Shown one piece after another: positions 29,020 through 40,655 of a stretch of DNA of 64,000 nucleotides; positions within the stretch are counted from its first letter, which is position 1; each line of letters starts with the position of its first letter. The translations under genes and the position numbers were made by a program. The stretch comes from Camelus ferus (Eukaryota). The notes beneath the pieces were generated by a model. It saw nothing but the letters and a program-made list of their open reading frames with translations, did not search any database and was not told where the DNA came from. Location of the stretch: contig NC_045696.1 of the NCBI RefSeq assembly GCF_009834535.1, positions 59,956,001 to 60,020,000 of the forward strand, given 5' to 3'.

Positions 29020-29280
29020 TGTGTATATGGTGAGAACATTTAAGCTCTACTCCTATAACAACTTTCAAGTATACAATTATATACCATTTCAAGTATAGTA
29101 TTGTGAACTGTCACCATCATGCTGTACATTAGGTCTCCAGGGCGTATTCATCTTATAACTGGAAGTCTGTACCCTTTGACCAACATCTCCCCATTTCCCC
29201 CACCCCCACTTCCCAGCCCCTGGGAACCACCACTCTGCTCTGTTTCTGTGAGTTTGGCCTTTTTAGATCCCACATGGAAA
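29020..29280 (-). mobile_element. L1 3' end fragment (L1MA9-like)
   Basis: GGTGAGAACATTTAAG...CATGCTGTACATTAG...GGAAGTCTGTACCCTTTGACCAACATCTCCCC...TTTAGATCCCACAT, the reverse complement of an L1 3' end. Confidence 0.7.
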
Positions 29281-29852
29281 TAAGACAAGGCACGTATTTC
29301 AACAACAGCCCAATACTTCTAACAAAAGAAAAGGTGTTCAGAACCAGAAATAACATCCTGGATTAATCTGTCAAATCCTGTTATCAGTGAACATCATGTG
29401 ACTCTTCCCAGTGACACTATTCCTATTACTCAGAATAGCAATTAAACAGTTCTTTGATGATTAAATTCCTTTACTTATTAATTATTTTTCTTTCCATGGC
29501 AGCCCCAGTACTACTCACTTCAGTTCTGGCATTTCTGGTGCATTCTAAGACGGGAGGGGAATGAGTCTAAGTGTTTTATCCTTTGGCAGAAACTTACGGA
29601 GCAGAAGGAGGTGGGACAAACCGCAGGAAAGCCCCAAGAAAAACTGGCTCTCTTCTCTGAGCTGCCCTGCACAGGTGGTTAGATCACCCCTCCTGACTCC
29701 TCGTCTCCCCGAAACTCCCACCACAGGGGAGAACCACCTAACAGAGGTACCACTGAGAGAGAACCCTGTGGTTTTCTCTCCACTTGGGAGGAAGGAAAAG
29801 AATAAGCAAGGTTCACAGACAGCATCTACGGAGCCATGCATGGAACACAAAC

Positions 29853-30486
29853 TGAGACAGGAAGACAAGGGTACAGCCATTTCGGAAAAGGACCAAGGGC
29901 CCAGCCTTGAGCATGGGGGCTTGACAGGTCCAGTCAAACAAAGTGCCTACAACCTTGCGATTCTGAGACAATAACCAAACACCCACAGGAGTAAAAGATT
30001 AGCTCCATCTCTGTTCCACTGATACACATACATGGTTTCCAAGGACAAAAGCAGGACTATAAATCCACCACCCAGCAGAATCACCGAAGTCCCAGTTCCC
30101 TGAAAGACACAGATAAAGGCCTGACACACACCGCTAGGTCGTTTGGGCCGGAAGCGGGCCCCCACCAGAGGCAAACGGCTGACTACAAGCACAGGGACCC
30201 CAGACTGGTTGAAACCAGAAGGCTGGTGATGCTCAAAACTTCACCATGAAGCCAACCAATCCAAAAACTGAGCACAAGCTCATCAGGCTCCTGGGGCCCC
30301 CTCCCTCACATGGCCTTTAAAACCCCTTCCCGGAAAGTCCTCGGGAAGCTGGCACTCTTTTTCACCTTCTCGCTTGTACACAAGCTATCCTTTCAATTAA
30401 AAGCTTTGCTCGCCTAAGAGTCTTGTGGGAGCGATATGAGTATCTATGGTACTGCTGTCCAAGAATCTGGAGAGGGCCTGGTAACA
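29853..30486 (+). mobile_element. ERV solo LTR (ERV1-like), 634 bp
   Basis: TGAGAC...GTAACA termini; 4-bp TSD AAAC at 29849-29852 and 30487-30490; CCAAT, TTTAAAA (about 30316) and ATTAAA (30396-30401) in LTR order. Confidence 0.72.
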
Positions 30487-33311
30487 AAACTAGGGAAGCC
30501 TGCCAGCTGGGAGACAGGAGGGAGTGGTAGGGACTGTGGCAGCCAAACAACATATGGCACAAACCAGCCTTTTCCAGATCTCCTTGTTTTTTTAGAAATC
30601 CTAGAAATCCTGGCTATTTCTGGTTAAATCTTCTATTTTTAACTGTTGGTAACTAATTCACAGTGCTGCAGAAACTTAGGAAGGCAAACAAAGCACATAT
30701 ATAGCCTGGATCAGGAACAGGAACAGCCAGATTACATCCCCCAGCTTGCTCTGCCCCACCCCACCAGGAGCAGTAGGGCATCTCTGAGGACACCCAGGGG
30801 ACCGCACACGGTCCACTGCATGGATGGGGGCGATAACCTCAGCCTGCTCACCGAGCCATGGAGGCACTCCCCAGTGTGCTGTCCAGCTTCAGGAAGAGAG
30901 ATCTGCATAACACAGACCTGATACTTCCTTCAAAATTCTTATTCTTCACCGGATTTCCTGTCTCCCAAGCAGCTTGTCAGTGAGACTTACTGTCTGCAGT
31001 TGGTTCTGCCTTCTCTGGCTGGGAGAAGGAGCTCTGAATAAGTAGAATGTAGTAACTTTGACTATTCAAACGCTGAGGGCCCCAAGCCAGTCCTTCATCC
31101 TCTGCCAGCTTCCAATCTAGCCTGTGATGATTTGCTGATGGTCCCCAGAAGATGGAAGCGGGGACACACCCTGTCTGTCCGGAGACAGGGCCCAAGCAGA
31201 TGGCAGAGGTGAAAAGCAGCAGAAAGAATCACTATTTCAGAGGAACTGAAAACAGTTTTGACTAAGATGCCATTGCTCTTGCTAAGTAGCAGAACTCCAA
31301 CAAAAGGACACGTGGCACTGGGACACAGCTGAAAAGGGCCTTGGAGACAGGACCAAAGCAACAATAATGCCAGCAGCCACCTGTGGCCAGGAGGAACCTA
31401 ACCCAGCAAATGACTACTCCTAGGAGCTCTTCATGGTTAAGGAGCTTAGAATCTCATTTGTATCTAAAACACTTTCTTATCTTACTGTTTTTTCCACCAG
31501 CTGTGTTGTTCCCCGGGGGAAGATCTATGGTAGCTTCTAGGAGAGTGCACAGAAGGATCAGAAGGACACCCACCTCTAGTAAAAACCACCTCGCCTCACC
31601 CACCCACCTCAACCCAGAGCTGGGAGCCGCTGAGGCTACCAAAGGCGAGGTGGCAGGTCAGGCAGGCTTAGGGGCTTACAAACAGCATTTCCCCCCAGGG
31701 GCGGCCAAGGAGACCAAGAATTGAAAATGACATCACAAGATACCTGAATCCCAGAGTCACCATTTGAAGAAGAGCTGCCACAGAAAGTGGCTCCCATCAG
31801 ATTCTGTACATTTTTTATCTTTGAAGAAATAAACGTTCATTGTGTTGAGCTGCTGAGATCTGGGGACTGTTTATCACTGTAGCAAAGCCTAACATTACCC
31901 TCAGGCAAGTGCCCAGAGGTGGGTGGTTTTGGAACAGGAACTATTACTCAAACTCAGGTACAGCATCTGTGTGGCGGTGTGATTTGGATGGAGGAAAAAT
32001 AAGCATTATATTAATGGAAACATAGAGCTGGAAGTAGTTCATCTTGATTTATATTCCAAATCTACCCCTTACTATTTGTGTAATCTTGGGTACGTTGTTT
32101 ATTCTCTCTAAACCTTGGTTTCCTCACCTTTAAGATACAGCTCACTTCTACCTTAGAGACCTCAGAAGACTGCTATGAGATTTAAGTGAGATATTCCATA
32201 TAAGATATTTAGTACAATGGATGCCTAATGCTTAGTAAGAACTTAAGTCTTAGCTATTCCTTATCTAGTGACTATTTTGGGACCTTACATGCCAAAGCCT
32301 AACTAAAGTTAAACGTGGAGATGAGGCAAGAAAAATTAGGAAGTTATCACTTGTTGTCACACTGCATAATCTCACCATTTAAAAGAATATTTAAAAGACT
32401 AGGAAGGAAACCAACCAACCTCACAGAGGTTGTGTTAGGGGAGGTGAAGGAAGTGACATAAACGCACCATGGCAGAGACTATGCACCAATCCCTTTTTCC
32501 TGTTCTGCCTGGACACAGCCAGTCTGGCTCCCAAGCCTCCCTGCTGGAACCCAGTTCTGCAGAACAGAATGTAGGCGCAAAGGCCACTCTGTCCTGTCCA
32601 GTCCTTCTCCAGGGAGCCGACCTTACAAGCCACACGTGGACACACGGAGCCTGGATCCCTGAGTCACTGCTTGGAGGACAGGCGTCCACTGATCAGGAGA
32701 CCCACGTGCACTTAGGTGAGCAGGAAATAAACTTCCATCAAGTCTGAGCCGCTACATGCTTTTGGATTTGTTCATTGCGGCAGTTAGAACTCCTGTTCTC
32801 TCCTAATTTGTCAAATATTTTCTAATTCAAGTATTTATATTGGGGAAAAAACATACCTATAAAATGCAGGGTTTTCATTTTGTTTTGTCCAGGTAAGTTA
32901 TAGTTATTTATATAAACACCAACAACAGACTGTGCATTCACTTATCCCAAACATCTCAGGTAACCCAAACGAGGGGAAAGTTTACGTTGTTCTGCCAGCT
33001 CCCTCCTTGATCACCTGGGGGTCCATCACTTCCTGAGAACATTCTCAAAATCTATTCACGTAGCAAACAGTGCTGTGTCAGGCAGGCAGGAAAACAAAGC
33101 AGCTATGATCATTACCTCTTTATGAAATCTTGTAACAGTTCATTTCTTCACACTCAGAGACAACGGGAGAACTGGACCAGCGTCAATCAGATTTAACACC
33201 TAAGCCAGGTTCCCTCCCCCTACCCAGATATGCCCTCCTGAGTCCTGTCCTCAGGTTAAGCCTTCCTGCTGATCCATTCCCCACCCAACAGAAGGGCGGC
33301 TGGTCACTTAC

Positions 33312-33561
33312 CCAATGCAGGGGTTGGTCTGGTACCTCGGTGCTGTGTAGGAGAAAGGAGAGATGTTCTTGTCTACAAAAGACCCGAACCCCAGCCGGAA
33401 GTTGCTGGTGAGCTTCCTCATCTCCTCGGCCAGCTTGGTGCCCAGGCTGCGGATGTTGTCCAAGTCATCCTTCATGGACAGAGAGAGGTCCATCAGGTAG
33501 TACAGGTCCACAGGATAATCCTCCACCTGACGAACCTGCAGCTGGAAGGTCGTCTGCTCAC
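33312..33561 (-). CDS. ITGB5: ITGB5 exon 4 (beta-I domain start with MIDAS/ADMIDAS motif DLSLSMKDD), 250 nt
   Basis: [19 protein letters not shown] and GFGSFVDK integrin-beta signatures; acceptor GCACAG| and donor TGG|GTAAGT. Confidence 0.98.
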
Positions 33562-33784
33562 CTGTGCCAACAGAGAGACCGTGTGTGTGAGAGGTCATCC
33601 AGCTTGCTGGGGCTGAGTTCAGGGATGGGTTTTGTTTTCAAAGCCGGTCCACCTCTGAGTTTTCTTTAGTGACTGTGTGCCTCTCAGAAGGAATCTTTTT
33701 CTTGGAGGCAGAGTGACTGAAGGGGATGTGAGTGCTGAAGAAGCCGCTCTAAACACGAGACAGCATTTTTAAAGAAACTCTTTG

Positions 33785-34658
33785 AGAACCAGTCTCCTTT
33801 TAGGGTTTTCTATATATAGGAACATGTCGTCAGCATATAGTGACACTTTTACCTCTTCTTTTCCAATTTGGATCCATTTTATTTCTCTCTCTTGCCTGAT
33901 TGCTGTGGCTAGGACTTCTAAGACTGTGTTGAATAGGAGTGGTGATAGTGGGCAGCCTTGTCTTGTCCCAGATTTTAGTGGGAAGCTTTTGAGTTTTTCA
34001 CCATTGAGTACTATGCTGGCTGTAGATCTGTCATACATAGCTTTTATTACGTTGAGATACGTTCCCTCTATACCCACTTTGGTGAGAGTTTTCATCATAA
34101 ATGGGTGTTGAATTTTATCAAAAGGTTTTTTTGCATCTATTGAGATGATCATGTGGTTTTTGTCCTTTCTCTTGTTGATGTGATGTATTACATTGATTGA
34201 TTTGCGTATGTTGAACCACCCTTGTGTCCCTGGGGTGAACCCCACTTGGTCATGATATATAATCTTGTAAGCCAGAAAGAGAAAGAAAAATACCATACGA
34301 AAGCGCTCATATGTGGAATCTAAAATTAAAAACAAACAAACAAAACATAAATACAAAACAGAAATAGACTCTAGACGTAGAATACAAACTTGTGGTTGCC
34401 AAGGGGGCGGGGGGTGGGAAGGGATAGACTGGGATTTCAAAATGTAGAATAGATAAACAAGATTATACTGTATAGCACAGGGAAATACACACAAGATCTT
34501 ATGGTAGCTCACAGAGAAAAAAATGTGACAATGAATATAAATATGTTCATGTATAACTGAGAAATTGTGCTCTACACTGGAATTTGACACAACATTGTAA
34601 AATGATTATAAATCAATAAAAAATGTTAAAAAAAAAAAAAAAAAGAACCAGTCTCCTT
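33785..34658 (+). mobile_element. Young 5'-inverted (twin-primed) LINE-1 insertion with 15-bp TSD
   Basis: TSD AGAACCAGTCTCCTT at 33785-33799 and 34644-34658; minus-strand ORF2 RT segment about 33800-34266 (HDQVGF...[10 protein letters not shown]...YADD); plus-strand L1 3' end from about 34267 with AATAAA and poly(A). Confidence 0.93.
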
Positions 34659-35146
34659 CGTAGTGTTCTGTTTTCTCAGCAAAAAAAAGTTTGTTATTAG
34701 GTAATTGGTGGACAGTGAGCCAGACAATTTCATGGACACAAACTGAGAGAGAGGAGCCCACCAACCACACAACTTCAGAGAAAGGACTGGCCAAGATGGC
34801 GATGTGGCCAGGAGACATAAAGGTGGGTGTGAAACAGAAAACAGGGAGGCAATTAACAAAAGAAAGGTACAGACATGAGTAAGAACTGAGGTGGGGAAGG
34901 GAGAGATGGACAAGGCAAAGGAGAGTGGGGACACAAAGACGGTTACTTAAAATACCCTCAAAGGGCAAAAATGTTTATGCTCATGCCATATCACCTATTT
35001 CTAGCTCCCCAGTCATTTATCAAACAACGGTATTTAGTTCTTGGGCATATTTGACACCACCGACACAAATCATTATTATCAGAAAGTATACATGTAAATA
35101 CAGGAAGACATACTCCAAATTTTGGCACCATCAAAAAGAAGAGAAA

Positions 35147-35314
35147 AGGGGGAAATCATAGCTCAGTGGTAGAGTGCGTGCTTAGCATGCACGAGGTCCT
35201 GGGTTCAATCCCCAGTACCTCCATTAAAATAAATACATATATACCTAACTACCTCCCCCCCAAAAAAAAACAAAAAATAACTTTACAAAACAAACAAACA
35301 AGAAACCTTCTTAA
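35147..35314 (+). mobile_element. tRNA-Ala(AGC)-derived SINE (camelid Vic-1-like)
   Basis: A box TAGCTCAGTGG, stem-loop GTGC-TTAGCAT-GCAC, B box GGTTCAATCC (35202-35211), A-rich tail, TSD AAAAAGAAGAGAAA at 35133-35146 and 35315-35328. Confidence 0.88.
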
Positions 35315-37307
35315 AAAAAGAAGAGAAAGAAGAAAAGGAAAAGAAATACTACTAGATTTGTCTACCAGCTATAAGAGAAAATAATTTTTGGTTCTACAAT
35401 AAGATAGCCAACAGACAAAGGGAAAAAGAATTGATTCAGAGGAAAAGAACAAAGAGAAAAAGCCAGTGTCTGAGAGGCGTGGCCCGTGCAAGCTCACCCC
35501 GCAGGGTGTGCAGAAAAGCCCAAGTCAGCACAGGAGGACTCACGCCAGGACAATGATCCCACATCATTTCATAATCTCTAAAAACACATCGTTCAGAAAG
35601 AGCATCAAGAAGTGAAGCATACCGAGTAATTCCACCTGCCCTCAGTCTCATCAGCTCTCAGAGGCACCAAGAGATGTCCCTGAAGTCTTCGAGTGGAACT
35701 GTCCACACGCACTTGAAGTCCAGACGTACTCTGCGGGCTCAGAGGAAAGGTGGTCTGGCTCCCGGACAAGGGTCCACGCCTGATCTGCCAGCACTCACAC
35801 CTCAGAGGAACCAATCTTCCACCTCAAGCTGACAACCAGCAAGCTGAAGCCTTCGAGAACTTGCAGGATAGGGAACCCTGTGCTCTGGGACCCCTCCCCT
35901 CATCCCACCCCAGACGAGGCATACTTCATTAACTAGACCGTGAAGAATCATGGGGCCAAAAGTTCAAGTTCCAGCTCTGCCCCTCGACTAGGGGTGCAGC
36001 CCAGCCCTCAGTTTCCTTAACTGTAAAATGGCAGGAACACCACCACCACAGCATTAAGGCTGAAGCACTGAGGGGGGAGAGAAGTGTTCTGTAGCCATGA
36101 AGACCTGCCCAAATGAAGTATTTTAATTACAACTGTAGCCTGAGTGACAGCGCCAAGCCCGCTTTCCCAACTTGTCTTTGCATGTGCTGTTCTAGCCGCC
36201 CCAGGATTGATGTAGTTTGGGCTGCCTGTTGGTAGGAGCCTATTTTTAAAAACCATGGGAGTCTGACTCAAACAGAGGAATGTTCGAGATTTTTTTCCAG
36301 AATGAATTCCGGGCTGCTGCAATGTCTGTCTCTGGTTCCCGTCAAGCAGACAGAGCAGGTCCCTGCACAGGGCCCCTCCCATCCTTGGGTGCCACATCTC
36401 AGTGGGGGAGGGGCGGCAGGGCCTGCAATCATGCCCCGCCCCCCGCCGCATCCCATGACCTCTCTGTGAGGTCTTCTGCTTTTTGTCACCTGTGTCCTTC
36501 CCCCAAGTTCCCAGCTACACTTTCTTCAATCCAGAATCCACTTCCACCTTCTCTGTGGATTATGAGTAATTAACTGATGAGCACTTTAGGACCAGAAAAC
36601 AGGGAACTAGCCTGGATTCAGGGAGGCTGGGAGGCACCCACGGGAGGGAAGTGGACACCAGCCTTGGAGAGTAAGAGCTGGGTTGGAATCCAGACCTTGT
36701 CACCAAGGATTTGAGATCTCAGGGGCCATTAAACTTCCTGCTCAGTTTCTGGATCAGTGAAACCGGGAGGATGTTAATTCCTGCAGGTACTGAGGAGACC
36801 ACGTATATAAACACCATACATCTGCTCCTCCACAAGAAAAACTTCAGCCTCAGTTCCCCTGAAAGTCAGTTTTTAAAGCAATTTCCTGTAGGAATAAAAA
36901 GAGAGACAGAACATTCTGCCAAAAACTTGAGTGTAAATAGCTAATAGCCATTCAACTCCAAATTTTCCAGACATGAAGGCAAGAGGGAAACAAGATGTGA
37001 TGTACCGGTCTCTTTCTCTGCTAAGAGAGTATCCATTCTGAAGTGAGAAATCTCTTGCCATCAAATTCTAAGAGGAATTAAGCACTGAAACACACACAGA
37101 CACACAGACACACGTGTCTCCCTACAGGGAGGCTGCAAATATTAAAAAGAAATATTTCTCTCCCAGTTTTCCAGAAAGGAAGGGGTGTAAGAAAAAGGGT
37201 AAAACCATTAATCTTCAGACTGAGGGTTTATTGCTACCTCAACTATGCCGATTTTAAATGCTACAAACTTCTCAATGGGCCTTGGCAATGATGGAATGTT
37301 CTATCAG

Positions 37308-37737
37308 TGTAACAGGGAAGAACCTCTGCATTCCATGACAGGTTAATCACTAAAGGGATGTTGCCTATGAGCTTACATTGTACATAATGGCCCACCGCCG
37401 GGAACCTGCCTCCAAGCTAATGAGCGAGCTCTAAGCTAAAATACCTCTGTTTAGCTCATAGGAACCATCCTGAATAGCCCACCTGTGAATGGCTCCAGGA
37501 AGGAAGAAATTAACACATCCCCTCGAGAGTCTGGTGGGAACCAGGACTTCCCCTCCTCTCTTTTTAGTATAAAAGAAGCCTGAATTCTCAGGGAAGATGG
37601 TTCTTTGGGACACTAGGCCACCATCTTCTCAGTCTGCTGGCTTTCCAAATAAAGTCACTGTTGCTTGCCTCAACAACTCATCTCTCAATTTACTGACCTG
37701 TCGTGCGGTTTGCAGTACAAGCTTTGCCTCGGGAACA
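37308..37737 (+). mobile_element. ERV solo LTR (ERV1-like), 430 bp
   Basis: TG...CA termini (TGTAAC...GGAACA); 4-bp TSD TCAG at 37304-37307 and 37738-37741; TATAAAA at 37568 and AATAAA at 37648. Confidence 0.82.
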
Positions 37738-39002
37738 TCAGCAGGTTTTGGAGGGACTGACATTTCTGGACCAGTTCTCAGTGTGGCCCTGCGAGTGGGA
37801 GTTAAGCTACGGTGCCCCAACTCCCCAGAGAGGGAGGCTCCGTGGTTAGCTGACTGAAGGTGCAGCCGCTGCTGCAGGCTGGGGGCACCTCTGCCAGGAG
37901 AGGGTCTGGGTACATTTTCCACCTTTGGGTACACTTCCAGAACCACACACACTTGGAAGCACTCGACAATACATCCAGCCACCCAGTTCTGCACCACCTA
38001 TAGTGTCACCACCTCCCATGTGGCCAGCAGAGTGAGAGCCAGGCTCACCTTCCCTGTGGGTGCCTGTCTCTGGTGACATCAGCTCAGCCCACATGTCCCC
38101 TTCCTCCCTCTCCACGTAAGACCCCTATAAGCTCATCTCCCCGTGCGGCTGCACCCCTCCTCTCTGCAGCCATTCCACGTAATCCCCACCTCAGGGCCAG
38201 CAGAAGATTAGAGAAGCAGGATAAAGCAAGCCCCAAAGACAAGCTGATCACCTGGCACCTGTGAGAAGGAAGCTACTCCTGTAGGCAGCCCCTCCCATAG
38301 CCTTCTGGTTTTTCCTGTTTCCAAAGCACCCAGCTCCAACTGTATTTTGCACAGAATTCCTGCCACTGCTTGGCTCATAAGCATAGGTTTCCCACCATAA
38401 TCAAGTATCAACTAGCATTCCCTCTGAAATGTATTTTTAAAGCTTTCACCTCTCTGTCTTGCCTTCAATAAAAAGCGAAAATTAGCTTTTGTCCTTAGGG
38501 ACATATATCACATGACAAACATTCCTGGAGAACGAAGGTAGAGAATTCCAGCAAAAACTTTTGGTTTTTTTAAGACTGATTTTTGTTCAACCATTAAGAT
38601 AAAGTAATACCTCAACAGATAAAAGACTCTGACTATCCCCAATCTAAGTAATTTTTGATTCTCTAGAATTACATTTCTGAGCTAGAAATTAAAAGAATGG
38701 AAACATTAAAATCAGCGGTATTATAAATGGACAACAGCTGAACAGGGAATTAGGGTCCTAGTACACACCTCCTAAGACTATCATCCAGTTCTTCTGTTCA
38801 CTGCAGCAGAAGGTAATCAGTACTCAGAATTAAATCCAGACCCAGAACCAAAGAATAGCCTCACTGGGCCAGAACAAGGCGGCTGTGCTGCACCCCACCC
38901 CACCCCCACCTCGGAACTCTGACCCTGGACAGACAGAGCCATCTGAAGACGTGGTTGGCCTTTACAGGGCTCGGCATTCCTAGTTTCCCTGCAAATAATC
39001 TC

Positions 39003-39468
39003 ATTTTAGTCAGTTCGGGCCCCTGTAACAAGTACTGTGGACTAAGCGGCTTATAAACAACAGAAATTTCGCTGTAAACCAGAAATTGACACAACATTGT
39101 AAACTGACTATAATTCAATAAAAAAAAAAAAAAAAGGAAAGAAAGAAATGTCTTTCCATAAATGCTGGAAGTCCAAGATCAGGCCAGTGGGGTGGGGTTC
39201 TGGAGAGAGCCCTCTTCCATGTTGCAGACAGCTGACTTCTTGCTCTGTCCTCATAAGACTGAAGGGGGAAGGGCTCTCAGGATCTTGTGAGGATTTTGGT
39301 TTTGGTTTGTTATTTTTTTTTTCCTAGCACAAATTCCATTCACGAGGGATCCATCCCTTGTCCTAATCAGCGCTTAAAGGCCCAACTTCACTTCCTAATA
39401 CCATCACACTGAGGGTTAGGATTTCAACATATGAATGTTAGAGAGATACAAACATTCAGTCCACAGCA
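39003..39468 (-). mobile_element. MaLR (MLT1/MST-like) LTR interrupted by a short plus-strand L1 3' tail (about 39070-39143)
   Basis: MaLR-type phrases (GGCTTATAAACAACAGAAAT, GGAAGTCCAAGATCAGG, GGGTTAGGATTTCAACATATGAAT...AACATTCAGTCCACAGCA); the insert resembles the 3' end of the L1 at 34570-34643 and is flanked by AGAAAT; subfamily and strand from memory. Confidence 0.7.
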
Positions 39469-40079
39469 AAACACTTATCCACCCATCATCAAGTCTTCTG
39501 AAGCGTGTGCAATGTCAGTCTGGGGAGCAGAAGCGATACCAAAGTCAGGCACCTGGCACCTCCACAAAGCAGAACATGGGAGAAGGGGAAACAGCAGCAT
39601 AGACAGGGGCTGGCAGGAAACCTGTATCAAAAGCAACCAATCCCCCATAGTTTAGTTAACAGTATGGTACCCTGGTCAGTTTCCCGGCTTTGGTAACACA
39701 CTCTGGTTATATAACATGTTATCATTGGGAAAAGCTGAGAAGGGTACACAGGAACTCTCTGTTATTTTTGCAACTTCTTGTGACTCGAAAATTATTTCAA
39801 AATAAAAAGTTAAAAAAATTTTAAAGCTACTAATCAAAGGTCATTTTTTAAGAAGCTAAGGGATTAAGGCAAATAAAGACTTAAGTAAACCCTTCCTAAT
39901 TGCTCCACCTCCAGCTTTTCACCATTTCAACATGCTTTATTCTAAAGTTTATGCCCTTTCTTAAGAATTTTATGTCCTTTGTTAAAGTTTTTTTAAGATT
40001 GTTATCCTGACATACAGTTTCCAGGATTGGAAACAAAATGGAAAACATGAGCCTGTGTTTATACAAAAGCCTGCTTAAA

Positions 40080-40655
40080 ATCTGGCAGTTCCTCAAAAAG
40101 CTAAACATGGAATTACCACATGACCCAACAATTCCACTCCTAGCTATCTACTCATGATTACTGAAAACATATGTCCACACAGAAACGTGGACAGAAACCT
40201 TCCCAGCAACATTATTCATAACTGTTCCAAGGTGGAAACAGCCAAATATTCATCAGCTAAAATGTGGTATATCTATACCTACACCACGGAATAGTATCTG
40301 GCCATAAAGAGGAAGTCCTGATACATGCTGCAACATCAATGCACCTGGAAAATATTTTGCTAAGTGAAAGAAGCCAGACGTAAAAGACCACATATTATAT
40401 GATTTAAATGAAATGTCCAGAATAAGCAAAACCACAGTGACATAAAATAGATTAGTGGCTGAATGTGCTGGGGAGGGAGAGGATAAGGACTTATAATGAA
40501 TGAGCAGAGGATGTCTTTATGGGGTGATGAAAATGTTCTGGAATTAGACAGTGGTGATGCTGTACAACCTTGCAAATAGACTACAGTCCACTGAATTGTA
40601 TACATTAAAATGGTGAATTTTATGGTATGTGAATTATATCTCAATTTTTAAAAAA
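40080..40655 (+). mobile_element. Old LINE-1 3' fragment (L1MB-like)
   Basis: TGGCAGTTCCTCAAAAAGCTAAAC, CAATTCCACTCCTAG, GGGGTGATGAAAATGTTCTGGAATTAGA, terminal TATATCTCAAT plus A-tail. Confidence 0.78.

Noticed and set aside
29753..29782. Short hairpin GAGAGAACC-CTGT-GGTTTTCTC as a miRNA or terminator
   Set aside because: Stem far too short for a pre-miRNA; expected by chance
33769..34590. 273-aa ORF with a YADD reverse transcriptase motif as a novel RT gene or ITGB5-RT fusion
   Set aside because: Chimera of antisense L1 3' sequence and the inverted ORF2 piece; starts at a non-ATG codon; RT is truncated; the obvious cryptic acceptor (CCAG at 34578-34577) is out of phase with exon 3
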